This document shows positions 12,901-26,282 of a stretch of DNA of 64,000 nt, piece by piece. The notes beneath the pieces are model-generated. The model was given only the letters and a program-made list of their open reading frames with translations, had not been told where the DNA came from and did no database searches. The translations under genes were made by a program, and so were the position numbers. Source of the stretch: Bugula neritina (taxonomy: Eukaryota > Animalia > Bryozoa); the NCBI GenBank assembly GCA_964035545.1, contig OZ037773.1, forward strand, positions 6,849,751 through 6,913,750, written 5' to 3'. Positions within the stretch are counted from its first letter, which is position 1. Each line of letters begins with the position of its first letter.

Positions 12901-15549
12901 CAAGCTAAATAAACGTGTATAATAATTTTTGTTAATTGAACTTCCAGCCTCAGAGACTTTTTACTCTTATTTTAAGCCATGTATGTTACACTGTTATCAT
13001 TTTTAATATCATGGGCATCGGTATTTAACACCTTTTTTTTCACAACATATATCATGTTAGTGATAGAAATAAAATCAATCAATCAATCAAAATGACTGCA
13101 ATTATAATATTATGAGCGTATCAATGTTTTGAAATGAACGAATTTTTTAATTATTTTTAGTTGATTTTAATTAATCTAGCCAGCAACATTGTTTGCATTT
13201 CAATTTTAAAGCTTACACAATAGTTAAAAAATGAGAAAAAAGCTATTATTGTAACTAAAATAGAATCAACATTGGATTTCTTAATGCCAGAACTTTAAAA
13301 CCTATAAAATAAGGAATTCCAATGTATGAGCATAAAGTTTAAATATTCACCCTTACCAAAAGAATGTCAACACTAAAATCCAATCAAGAGATATTATAGC
13401 AGCTATAACACAATATTATAAAAAGACTCAACAAGATAAGATATGCTGAATTACTAGAAGCCTGAAGAACAAAAAAGTGAGAGCTTGGCTCAGGAAATTT
13501 GAGACTAAAAATATAGCAGTTGCGCCATATTACTAAAATCTCAGAAGGAAAAAAGAAAAAAAATGATCAAAAAGACAAGATTCTTTGTTATCACAATGAC
13601 CACAGAAGAGACTTATAATGTTATAATGTAAATGAATAGGTTATGGAGACAACAGCTGTGTTGTAAATGAGTAATAACTGCACATGAGCCTAGATTCAAG
13701 TGACCCTATAATAGTGCAGGGTTGGGGGTGGTAAATGTGGACTGCAGATTTTTTTCTCGTCTTCAAGAGGTTTCTGCAAGATTTAGGCTTGTTTTTGTGT
13801 CCTTGAAGAGGAACATATAGTTTTAGCCGACAATTTGATTAATAACTGTCTGGCTTTATTGTAAGGGACACTCCGGGAGTGGGTGGTGGACAGCCATTAC
13901 AAAAAATACATTCATTTTTTTCTGCTGTCCTATTATAGAAATCCATAAAATTTGAAAAGTTTTTGCTCCATTGAAGAGTCTGGTTAAAAATGAGAAATAT
14001 GATAGAAAGTAGAGCCTTGATTTTTGTTGAGTTATGTGTCGTTTGTTTTTGTAAAAAACTTTCTAATTATGACGCATCACATCTTTCTCTACGAAAATGG
14101 TACGGTACCCATAGCCGAGAAACTCGTTGTGCTGTCTATTAGTGTAATAAACAGTACAGGGGTTGATTTAGGTTTGATTAAAATGAACATTTGTTACCAC
14201 CACTTTACAACGTGACTCATCACTAATTTAGCTCACAAGTCATACTATGTTACTATGTTATTGGCTGCTAATGCTTTAACTTAAAATCATTTAAACTCTC
14301 TCCTAATATATATAAAGTCTGCTGCATGCCACATCTCAAAAATGAGTTTTTGTGTAAAGAATTCGAGGCTGAGGCTTTCAGATAACCTCTAATTCAAGTG
14401 ACCTCTACGCAAACAACGCTTTAGAAAGTAGATACGATTTCTCCTGCAGTGAACTAAATTCAATATTAAAAAGTCTGAACAAAATAATCAAGAACCAATA
14501 AATTCTTTTAGTATGTGTTTTTTAAAGGTGTTGATTACTAATACTTGAAGACTCATTGTACCAGCTTATAAATAAATATTTAATTCTAATAAGAAATTTT
14601 GAAACAATTATAAGTTACTATAAGGCATATTGCATGGGATCATTAACTTTATTTGCAATTTACATTCTTATTATTATATTATTATTATATTATAATACTC
14701 TTCAATATACTTTTTAAATTATAAAATTTCTTATGTGTTGAACTAAATCAGTTCAAAATAAAGTATAAGTCTCAAACAACTCCAACACACAGCACTTTTC
14801 GCATAAACTGGTGTTGTCTTCTTTTTTTTTAATGATTAATAAAACTTTTTTAAATACAGTTTTAAAAATCAGCAGTAAAAATAATAATATTGTTTATGAA
14901 AAAATGGCATGCAATTCATGCACTCCACCCCATTTTATTTCTTTAGAATCATTGCCCTATTATGAAATGTGCTATGTTAGCAGACACATCTTGCAAGCAA
15001 ATCAGTTTAACTAGTTAGTATATAAATATTTGTGAGCTGCACATCATGCTTTGTTCTATATGAGTTGCCCTAACTATGGTAGGTCAAGTGCTAGAGCCAT
15101 GACTAATTAATGGAGCCACTATGTAAAACTATGTAGAGCCAATCAGGTAATTAATTATACAATATTGCGTTATTCTAAATAATATCCTTTGCATTGTAAT
15201 AGACTGTGAAATCTTAATTGTTTTCAAGCAACTTTGTGACTTATACATTTTACCAACATACTGTTTGATTCATTATATATTTTACATTGCCCTCTATGGC
15301 ATCAGTAGAGACCTACGGCTCTAATAAAGTACCAATAAAATCAAACATATACGACTGCGCTTATACCAATACAATAATAATTTATAAATTCATTAATAAA
15401 AATGTTTGTGCTTTGCTAGGAATAATATAAGTCTTTATACCTTACAAAAATGAACAAAAAAGTCCAAAAAATTGTTGAATAATCTTATAAAATTGCCATT
15501 TTTATGCAATTTACGCAAATTTACTTAATTAATTTACCACTATAATTTA

Positions 15550-18500
15550 AACACACTGATCCACAACTTAAAAAACAATTCAAATAAAAAACAAAACGAT
15601 TAATCTAGAGAACTGGGCAAATATAAAAATTGACTATAAAACAAACCAACACTAACTGACAAACAATCAGATGCATGCAGCAGCTCTCACGAAATGTTAC
15701 ATGGAACTTTTTTCTAAGGTAAACTGGTGAGTTTTGAAAAAGATGTTGCTTGTTATAATTATTTATTCGTTTCGTGCATTAATAATTGAAAAATAAGTTT
15801 TGATCAGATATGATGATTCTATAATTGCTTTTTTAATCAACCTAATTGGTGAGGCATCAAATGATACAGCATTGCATTTCTTTTCTTCAATAACTTAAAT
15901 TAGACTGCAAAAGCCAAAGTATTGCATATAAAAACTTTTCGTTTTTTTTTTCAAAAAACAATGCTGTATTATAACTGATGGCAAAATATTTAGAATTTAA
16001 AAAGTCTTTAGAAAACAACACTTCATTCAAACAAGATGTTGGTAAGAGTTGTTTTTGTATAAAAAATCAATGTGTCATTGGCCTGAGAGGTTAAAAATCA
16101 CCGAAATGCTGTCCACAGCATTTCACAGCAAATGTCTTGAAGCTACGTGTAAATACACTTCAATGGCAAAATGAATAACTTGTCAGTAAAATATCCTTTT
16201 TCATCTTTGAACTCTGTTTATGTGCTAGACATCTATAGCAGACTGATAAGCGTAGTTTAATTATTATTTGATATGGCCATAATAGTAGATTGCACTGTCT
16301 TACAAGTATGCCCTCAGCACTACTACAGTGCAATGAAAATGTAGTAAAGTGGTGTCCAGTGCTTACAGCTGGTGAAAGTATCAAATGTAGTGTTTCATTA
16401 TGCTGATATAGTGACAGGCTCAGTGAAGTGCTAGTAGAGCACAGTTGGTACATGCAACAACAGTCATTGCAGAAAAGTTTTATGATTCTACTTCTAACAG
16501 ACTTAGCTTTCTGAGCAAAGAGAGCAATACTAGTTTTAATTGCAAGAAACATAACTACCAAATGAGAGATTGTCTTGATATAAAATGATTTACATACAAT
16601 CACAGAGAGCACAATCCCAAAGACTGTCCTGAAAAAAACTTCAAGCTTTCTTATAAGTGAAGTAGTTATGATAGCAATAGAAAAATTGAGTATAAAAACA
16701 AATACTGAATACAAACTGAATACCTGATAACCACAATAGCACTAAGGGAGTGCCAAATGTCATATTAAAATAAAATTATTATAAATAATGCTGAAGAGCT
16801 TTCTGCATCGAGTGGAAATGTTGCCAAGATGCAAAGACTAAAAATTGTCAAAAGAATGAAGGTCATTACCATACTCGATGTGTGGCATGACTAATGAATC
16901 TATTTATAGTGCCGATACACATCTAGATACTAATGTATATGTTGTTGTAAGATCATGAAAAACTTAATAAGCTTATCTGACAGTAAAACATTATGACATT
17001 TAAGCAAAATTAATATCAAGTTTGAGTCAAAATAGATCGCAGCTTGGGAAATACAGGAGTATTTAGAACAAGAAAGCCAGTGTCCAATGGCAATGAAAGT
17101 TTCACTTGATCATCAAGCTTGTGCAGCCAATGTGTGTTCCAGGGTCAGTTTCAAACCAAAAGGAGTTAAAGGCTGTTGAGGAGTTGCTAGCCCTTGGTTG
17201 ATCACAGGAAAATCAAAGCCAGTAATAGCCAATCAAAAATTAAGGCCAACAAAAAAACGGGACAGTAAAACATATATTATACTGAATCAAAGAAACAGCG
17301 GTATCAATAAATGCAGCTTCATCAATTTAGATGTCTTTTGAGCACTGTAGGACAGGAAAGCCCCATGTGATGGTAGTTGAGGGATGCAAAATTCTGGCTA
17401 TGTTTGCAAAAGTGGGCAGTAAATAGTTTTACAACTTGCGAGCCTAACCACTGCTCAAACACTTAAAGGCATAAACTGAGAAGGAGAAATGCTTATAACA
17501 AACCTAATTCATTGCTAAGCATATCTGAAAGAAGGAAAAAACTGTTCAGAAAAAAGCTGCAACATAAGGCTTGATAATTTATCTTTCTGTCTCTGGCTGC
17601 AAATGTTAGAAAAATTGTATTGGAAAATTGAAAAAAAACTCGCCTTCGCCTGGACTCGAACCATGGCCCTGAACGTCTTGCAACCACGCACACTATTCAT
17701 ATAGGAGCTAGGATAAAGTTTCAAATGCTAAAAATAAACACATAATTCAGAAGCCAGATTCGAGTTGGCAAAGTTTCAATAACACAAATAATCTGGGTGG
17801 AAAATATGCAGCAACAACAACAACACTACATCCACAGCGCAGAACAAAAGGAAACAGACAGAGAATGCATGTTTCTTGTTGGAAAAATTGGAGAAGAACT
17901 TTAGAAATCCTTTTCTGGTATGCAGCCTTTAAAAAACCAAGGGTGAGAAGCAGTTTTGGACAACCAACACAAACAGTTACATTCAGTAACAGCAACTCCC
18001 AATAAACTACTGAGCTGTTATAATACATATTGAGACTGAAACTGGCCAGTTCAACACTCATTTTGAAAATATGAGAAAACTAGTTAATAAAACCTAAACT
18101 TCTTAGACAATGAGCTGTTTTATGCCTGTTATAACTTAAATTAAACTGAAATACAACATAAACATAATACTATGTCTATTGATTATTTAATTTTTATAGT
18201 ATTGCATTCCATCTAGATTATGGCGCAGTCAACTTATTAAAATCGTTTTTTTGCAAAATATGCTAGTAATAATAAAAAATAGTAGTAGCTAGTAATTATC
18301 ATAATGAGTATTTTTGAGTCACTAAACTTTTTAATATCTGAAGATAAACACCAAGGTCATGTATGATTACAATAAATGATAGCAACTTTCCTGTATTTCG
18401 TTTCAACTGAGGTGTTCAAGTCAACGTTTCTGGTGAAAAGGTAATGTGTGCTGATCTATATTTGTTACTAAACTAGCTTGTCAAAGCAGATGCTATGATG

Positions 18501-19330
18501 AGCCCAGCCGTTTATCTCAAACTTTTTCGATACTCATTGGCGCTAATAATAATATAATTATAAGAACATGAATCTACTGTTATAATAATCAATAATATCA
18601 GAAAATAGAAAAAAATTGAAATAACATAATGATAATGTAACTAGAATATTTAGAAATAGTCATAGTTGTGACAATAGTTGTGTTACTTATCTTGCCTATG
18701 CTCCTCACGCTCAATATTTTGAGAGATTTCTTGAATATTATGCTTCGCGAATCTTCGTGGCAACTGGGCTGACAAGCTTCGGCTAAACTTGAACTACAAG
18801 TGTGATATTGGTTGCTATACAAGTGACAATATTCCACGTTGTCTCGGTTATATAGAATCGATTAGTGAAAGCGGTTTCAAGAGCAGACAATTTCCTCTAA
18901 AATGGCTGCTCTCCAGAAATTAGATGAAGTTGAAAGAAAATAACTCTCTGGTACCTTGTACTGTAGATTAGCACATATTACACTGACAACTACAGCTGAA
19001 GTACTTTAGCTTTGTGTTGTGAATAAAAAAACAGTTATGAATCGCTCAAGGTATCTAAATACAACGCTTTTTGAAAACTTAAAACACAATGATGTAGTAG
19101 ACTTTTTGCAATAAATGTGTTTGCAAGCAATGGGAGAAAGACCACATAAAGTAGCAGCTTTACGTAAACTAGTATGGTGTTAGTGTGGATTTGCTCTGGG
19201 AATCTTATTAAAATCTTGAGTAATACAATAAAACGTGATGTTATGTTTACTATATGTTCTACAATTTATTAATGAAATATGTTTGTTTTTTTAATTCTGT
19301 TGCTATAGGAACCCCATAAAATTTCAACTA
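15550..19330 (+). repeat. Left copy of a diverged long direct repeat (15550-16160 matches 26283-26960; ~17550-19330 matches ~27660-29570)
   Basis: Collinear shared blocks such as ATCAGATGCATG, AATAAAACCTAAACTTCTTAG, AGTAGTAGCTAGTAATTATCATAATGAGTATTTTTGAGTCACTAA and AGAGCAGACAATTTCCT. Confidence 0.85.
16160..17480 (+). mobile_element. Decayed LTR-retroelement gag-like fragment with two eroded CCHC zinc knuckles
   Basis: 16532-16630 reads S-FN-C-KKHN-Y-QMRD-C-LDIK-*-FT-Y-NHRE-H-NPKD-C, two exact C-x2-C-x4-H-x4-C spacings with each deviating residue one nucleotide from Cys or His. The segment is absent from the right repeat copy. Boundaries approximate. Confidence 0.5.
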
Positions 19331-20504
19331 ATAGTAACTGTTTACTCAATTTACTGATGCCAAGTTTTGCTTAGAAGACTTAACCATGAATTTGTTGCAT
19401 TCTTGTATCAAAAATAAAATAATATTAGGAATTGTATATAAAAAACATTTAACTTATGTTGTTGTGAATCACACACACATGTCATACTGTGTTTTGAAAT
19501 GGTAATAATTACATATCAATACAATAACTGATGATGATAAGTTATCCAAGTATAAATGGTACAGCAAAGCACTGAGTATAACGTGTCAAAACCAACTGCC
19601 ATATTATTATACTGGTACTTCTAGACATGTCATTCCCTGCCATTATTAGTGCTGGTTTTAGCAGATAGTAGACTGCCAAGCCAAATATTTTCAACCGCAT
19701 TAGTTATGATTCTGTTCTCATCTATAAGTAACTGTTGTGAAATGTAGCCTTGGAGCCAAAAATACTTGTAGCAGGAGGAAGGTTATGTATATAAGTCAAG
19801 TATCAGCCCAGCTTGTACCTAAATTATATTATAGTTTATAGACTAATAATCAGTTGAAGACCTGTCAACAGCAGTAGCCAAGATAGCATGTCATTCTTGT
19901 TATGATCTGCACCAAAATCAATTTGGACTATGGGCATTATATTTTTTACCATTCTATGAACCCTTAACCTCTGCCATGTACCCTACATAAAACTAATAGC
20001 GAAGATGCTGTGTATAATTGGTGTAAGTTTTAATGCTAAAACAATGTATATTTTGGTAAAGCAATCATTTAGTTCTAAAGAAGCTTATTGCAGAATTACA
20101 ATACTCACAACGTTTTCTGCTTCCAAAGTTGTATTTGGGTGTCATGTAAATATGATTTTCTAATATTTTATTCAAAATAAAAGCATATCAAACTCAAATG
20201 TTAGATATTACAAGTAAAAATACTTTTGACAAGCTTTTTAATAACAACATAGTAAGAACTCACAACTATAATATTACAATAACATTTCATTTACTAAACA
20301 TGTTGGAGTATATCTTGGCAACTAAATAAAAGTGTGAAGGGTTAGTTTTGTATTAAAAACGAATAACACATGATAGACTTAAGCATGCCAATTGTAAACA
20401 ATAATATTAAGCACAGCTTATGATATAGTCAACGCATACATGTATGACGGGCCTTATATATTTTGTTTAATGTGTCCAATACAGAATTAAATCAAATCCC
20501 TTGG

Positions 20505-22786
20505 TTAAATGCTTGTATAGTTATGGAAAGTGATGTAACTGGTAAGACGATTGTGGATTGTGTTGTTAGCTATGACTGGAGCATTTAGACCGAGTGACTG
20601 CCCTTCTCCGTACGGGTTTTGAGGGTGACTGGTTATGTTCAACTCAAAGAAGGCTGCTGTGTAGGTGAGTCTGATGATAGAGGCACTCTAGAATATTATA
20701 TTATGTAATGTAATATAATATATATTATGTAATGTAACATGAATAGAATATATGGCATGTAAGTACTATATGGTGCCATGCTTGTTAAGTGCTGGTAGCA
20801 ATAATAAAATATAATGTTGTGTCAACAATTTATATATAACTATAATAGTTTCTAGAAATACTAAATTCAGAGTTTTAAACACTAAAGCGCATTATTTTCA
20901 ATTAACTCAAAACAATTCACAGGTAAATGTGCTGTCACATCACAAAAGGTGAGCTTACAAATCTGTCTGAGAGTACTTAAGCCTTTAAGAACTTTTAATA
21001 CTTATAGGGAAACTAGTGAAGCATGTAAACTTAATAGGTTTTGCATACTTACAAAACTTCAAAATATAATCTTGATTTTATCATGCAAGTCTTTCTGCAA
21101 ATTTCTATAATTGACATAAACTACTGATTGGTTGGAATGACTGACCTTATATGGCAATACTATGTCTTCTTCTAGACAACCTTCTATTCTGAGCCAAGAG
21201 AATACAAGATTAGTAAAGGAGGGTAAAGTTATATTCTGATTGGTGTTAGGGTCACGACCTTCTACTCCTTCTGGAGCTGTAATAAGTAGTTGGAATCCTC
21301 CATCTATTACCAGATAGTCTACAGTGAAAGTATATAGTAGATATAATATAAGTGATATGTATGGCATTATACACTAGGATATAGGGCCTCTACAGCGTAT
21401 TATCATAATGATTATAATATATCGGTCAGTCACATACTTTTAATACAGCTGCATACGGCTAACTGCTGATTTATTCTATTACATTGCAAAAAAAAACATT
21501 TCTTTTATATAAAAAAATTTTGTGAAATTTTTTTTTTATTTCAGTTTCTGCAAATGCTTCAAATCGATAATGGTTGTATCAATCGGGAAATCAACACAAA
21601 TATTCAGATTGACGACAATAAACATTCTTCATTGGCATAACCTAAAACATCTTCACAGAATTAGTCAAAGTTTGCTTCTTACATTGTAGTTTGTGAAATA
21701 TTCAACAAAAACAGTGTAGATATTTGCATGCGTACTACCTTCCTGTGTTTATACATTACCAGTAAATTTCTTGCAGGCCTTGAAGGCTATTTATATTATT
21801 GCAGGCAAATTTTCAATAGAAGCTCCTTTGTGAAACTACACTGCGTGTAGCCAACAATCTCATTTGAAGCATCTACAAATCTGGAATTTCAATTGTCTAT
21901 CAATCGTTTATACTTTATAGCAGCATATAATCTGGAATATGTCTTATTTATATCTATAAAACGAGTTGGCATCACATGTTAATGTCATAACATTATAAAT
22001 TTTCTGCTATTCAGCTTTAAATATTTATTTCTAAATACTATTCTATCATTTGCTCTAGAAAACATTGATTAGTCATTGATTAGTCTAACTGCCAACTGAG
22101 GTTGAAAGAGCACTTCAACTATATCTATTTATGACATATTCACATACTAGTAGTAAGTTGTAAATACATACCATTTGCATGAAAGTGGCACCCTTTACTT
22201 ATCAAATAGGCTTTCTCATTTACTTGAGGACTTATTTGATACTCCTTTACCAGAGCTGCTCCTCTTTGTTCCAGTGCTTCTCCATCTACACCAAACTCTT
22301 CCAGCCAAAACGATAGAGCAAGCTACAGAAGATCAAAATAAATTTCAGTATATTTTCTAACCATTGTTTACTCATTCTAAGCACATGAACAGTATATATA
22401 TAATGTCCATTAACGCAAGATGCAGTATTTATAATGATTTGTTACTCTTCAAAGACCTAAACACAGTCTAGCAGCTGCATAGATCAACACGAACCAAATC
22501 TCAACCAACCTATAAACAAAATACATATACAAGTATTAAATTTAATTACCCCTCTCTGTGTTTGAATCTCCTCTAGTGTAAATTTCATTTCATGCAGCAG
22601 AAAGCGTCTACCATCTAAAGCATTGTTAGCGTAGAGCTCACTGGAATTAGAGGTCTCAACACTGCCATCGCCAAATAGGAAAATGTGAGTATTTTTAGGA
22701 GAATGCGGGGTGGAGCTTGTGTCCAGAGAATTAGAGAAGACTAACTGAAGTGTAAAGACAAGGGTGATAAAGGCTGCAGACTTCAT
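20505..22786 (-). CDS. Secreted protein of unknown family, possibly pseudogenising; coding exons 22786-22550, ~22322-22200, ~21880-21760 (disrupted), 21318-21146, 20687-20505
   Basis: Signal peptide MKSAAFITLVFTLQLVFS; canonical acceptors and donors; last two exons open and in phase (DYLVIDGGFQLLITAPEG...LPYK|SASIIRLTYTAAFFELNITSHPQNPYGEGQSLG...YTSI*). No fully open reading of the ~21.8 kb exon was found. Confidence 0.65.
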
Positions 22787-23261
22787 TCTAAAACAAATAA
22801 ATAACTACTTAGAAGATGACATAGGTTTGGTTAATTGAAGGCAGCATGAGGAATGTATAATTATATTAAACTGGTAATAAAAATAGCAAAAGTAATACTT
22901 TCAACAAGCTTTTTTGATAAAAGACAATTATTTCTTTATTCATTATTTGTGTGTAAAATAATAATCTACGAATTTACGATCTAAATCAAAACTGCGCCTA
23001 TAGTACATATACCAGACTATAAATTTCAATAAAGTATTTTTAAATCTAATACAGTAGTTAGAATTTTATAAAACAGACCGTGTTACCTTTCAATTTTCAT
23101 CTAGTAGTTACATCTATCCAATAGATGGTATTAGTTTTATTATAGTTGTTGCAACTACGTTATAATTGTTTAAAATTTTCTTATTTATTGTAAAACATGA
23201 TAAAAACATGGAAATAACAAATGTTTTAAATAATATAATCATAGCAAAAGATCCAGCTTAC

Positions 23262-23352
23262 CTCGCTTTATGAAAATATTCTAACTTTCAACAATATTCT
23301 TCAGTAACAAGAAGCTTAAACTGCAGAAGCTTGAGTAAGCCATCCTTTTATA
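23262..23352 (-). promoter_or_regulatory. TATA box, initiator and non-coding exon 1 of the secreted-protein gene
   Basis: Minus-strand TATAAAAG at 23352-23345; Inr-like GCAGTT with A at 23322, 30 nt downstream; donor GAG|GTAAGC at 23262/23261; matching acceptor TTTTAG|A-ATG at 22787. Confidence 0.65.
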
Positions 23353-25251
23353 TGTGTTAACAACTAGCATGTGTACACCTACAAAATCAAAGCAGTTACC
23401 CAGTTTATATAAGATCTGACAGCAGGGTAGTCTATAAACCTAACACTAAGGCTAAATCTTGGTATTTTATAAACAATTATTAATTTTATCTGCATATCCT
23501 GTAGAGACTGGCTATATTACCAGACACCGAATAACTATTTATAGATATACAAATGTTATGGTCATTGCACCAAAATTATCACTCTGTCTGTTCATGCAGG
23601 ATTATTGCATGGGTAGACAATATTAAATGCATAATACAAGATGTGAATATCAAATAATAGCATTAAATTGTTGTCCTGTTTTTAAGCAAAACAACTACTT
23701 AACCATATTCTGTTTAATGAACCATCATTAAATATTAAATTACCAGTAAATTTAGATATAAAAAATTAAATTTATGAACAAGAGATATGAATTATTGATT
23801 AAAGCTATAAAATAGTTTGGTTCCAGACATACCTCTAACTAGTCTTTTCCTTCAGAGACTGAAGTCTTGTAGAATGTATATATGTATCTCTAACACACAT
23901 AATAATTGCTACAAAAGAAGCTGGACCCATAGTAACTCTGCTTAAATGTAGATAGTATTTTTAACTACTCAAGTTATAAAAAAATCCTATCTCTTCAACG
24001 CAAACAGCTCAAACTGAAACTTGTTTCAATTGTTCCACAAAGCAGCTGAACAAAGATGAACAGGCTGCGTTTTTTACATCAAACAGTTCAAACAGCAAAT
24101 AACACTGTGGATGTAGAGTGAAAATAACACCATATGTTAGCATTTTCATCATTGTGGACACGTCATTTTAAAATATTGTAACTGCAGTTAGCTGCAGGAG
24201 AAAGTTCAAGTGTTTTCACAAAAAAAGCTTCAAATTTATCAATTAATTAATAGCTCAAAGTGATTAGATTGTTTCTTTCAGCAAAAAAAATCAAAATTTC
24301 TTATTGAAAAAAGCAATTTTCTCACAAAAAAGTAATATAGTATATTACAAAATATTTTAATATCATACCAAATATTGTAATAAAATATGGCATGAAGTCT
24401 TAAAATATGATATATTATAGTACAAAATAATACAAAACACATTAGTATAACATAATGCATTGTATAATATATTATAATGCGGCTTTATAATCAAATTTTT
24501 AATACAGTTTCTACCATATACTGTAATAAAATAATAAACCATATAGTATAATATAATCTATAAATACTAATATAATGTTTATTTTAGATGAGCAAGCCTG
24601 TTAAGATTATATTAGGCAACTAATTGCATCTTCAAGAAACAGAGATATAAAATCTATATTGTCCATATTGTTTTGCAACATGTTTGCCTCTGCCCTCTAG
24701 TGTATTATTTATATGTGGTGGAGATAATTATGTCCGTTGTTTTGTGTGCAAAGCAATTAAAATCTTACTGAGAACACCAAAAGAACAAAATGAACATAAT
24801 ATTACTTGCCATAATAAAATACAAAGCACAATTTTAAAAACTTAGTGTCTGTCAAAATCATAGTTTTGGGCAGAATCCCTTGCAACTTACTAACAAGAGG
24901 GGTCTATCAAAGAACTTTTGTGCAAACAAATTATGGGCAGTGTGCGTACAACCTAGATAGGTTAGAAAAAATTGAGAAAAAAAAGTGTATAAAACTCAAG
25001 TGAAACTAAGCAGAACCAAGGCGGAGTACATTGCGTCACTGGAAGCAACAAAAAAAGTTAATATGACAAATCTGACCGAGAGACTGCAGCAATCTACCTG
25101 AGACTGGTGCTCTAAAATAACTTAGCACTATAATTGATTGAAAAGTTTGGTGTGGGGTTAAAGTGGCTAGAAGAATTGGAGCGTCTTGGGACAGTTTGAG
25201 GAATCTATCAAGAGTGCTGTCTGTCAAGAAGGTACAGTATATTTATTCCCT

Positions 25252-25432
25252 GCACAAAAGCTACTCCTCACAATCTCCTAACAATGCTCACGTTTTCTCA
25301 TTTGGAGATGGCAGTGTTGAGACCTCTAATTTCAGTGATCTCTACCTTAACAATGCGGTACATGGTAGACATTTTCTACTGAATGAAATGAACTTTACAT
25401 TGAAAGAAATTTAAACACAAAGAAAGGTACAT
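25252..25432 (+). pseudogene. Inverted partial copy of the 22786-22550 exon with a premature stop
   Basis: HVFSFGDGSVETSNFSDLYLNNAVHGRHFLLNEMNFTLKEI*TQRK|GT versus HIFLFGDGSVETSNSSELYANNALDGRRFLLHEMKFTLEEIQTQRG|GT; CAA changed to TAA. Confidence 0.85.
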
Positions 25433-25474
25433 AAGTTTTAATAAGCCAACAATGCTTTAGTTGGTGGAAGGCTA

Positions 25475-25720
25475 CAGACCTATGTCATCTTTTTTAGTAT
25501 TTATGTACTTGTTTGTTTTAGAATGAAGTCTATAACCATTATAACTCTTGCCTTTACACTTCAATTGGTTTTCTTCAATTCTCTAAACACAAGCTACACC
25601 CCACAGTTTCCTGAAAATACTCACATTTTCTTATTTGGAGATGGCAGCGTTGAGACATCCAATTCAAATGACCTCTGCTCTAAAAATGCTTTAGTAAATG
25701 GATAAATATTTCCTCTATAT
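25475..25720 (+). pseudogene. Second inverted copy: intron end, acceptor and signal-peptide exon, truncated by a stop
   Basis: ACCTATGTCATCTT...TTTTAG|A-ATG MKSITIITLAFTLQLVFFNSLNTSYTPQFPENTHIFLFGDGSVETSNSNDLCSKNALVNG*; no downstream paralogous exons seen. Confidence 0.85.
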
Positions 25721-26282
25721 AAACTTGATTAAAAATGGAAGAAAATTTGAGAAAAAAAACAAGAAATGGTTTTCGGTAATCATATTTCAGGAATCATATT
25801 GGTGATCATATTTGGAGTGATTCGAGCAAGTTAGTATACCACCTCTATGCTAACCATTCTTTGGTAAGTAGATCATATTTTTCTTAGGCAAACTTGACAC
25901 AAAAATAGAAAAATTAAAACTTTAAAAACCAAGTAGTTTTCAGTGATAAAACAAACTGAGTAAGCAAAAAACAATACTTCTCAATGATTACTGACCACTA
26001 CAAAGCCTAATAGGTGAGTAAAGCTGACAATAAGGACCACATATTTACTGCATCAAACCATCTAAAAATCTGGGATATAATGCAAAAGTTGTTTCACATA
26101 AAGATGGTCACTATCTCCCATAATGAAATGCGCTACAAAATGATACAATTGTAAATAAAAATATTTCAATTGCAGAAAAAGTTATATTCATCTTGCTTTG
26201 TGAACAATACTCCCTATATAGTATATAGGTAGGTGAATGTTATTAGAACAAACATACGTAGCCAACATTGTGATTTCCATGT

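Noticed and set aside
16160-16714. 184-aa minus-strand ORF as a membrane protein
   Set aside because: No motifs and a non-ATG start; the opposite strand carries fossil Gag zinc knuckles.
17640-17700. tRNA-Cys(GCA)-like gene on the minus strand
   Set aside because: Only the anticodon/T-arm half resembles a tRNA, the 5' half is missing, and it lies within a repeat.
21740-21880. Selenocysteine or stop-readthrough explanation for the in-frame stops
   Set aside because: The frame compatible with the next exon has TAA, not TGA, and also needs a frameshift; no SECIS was identified.
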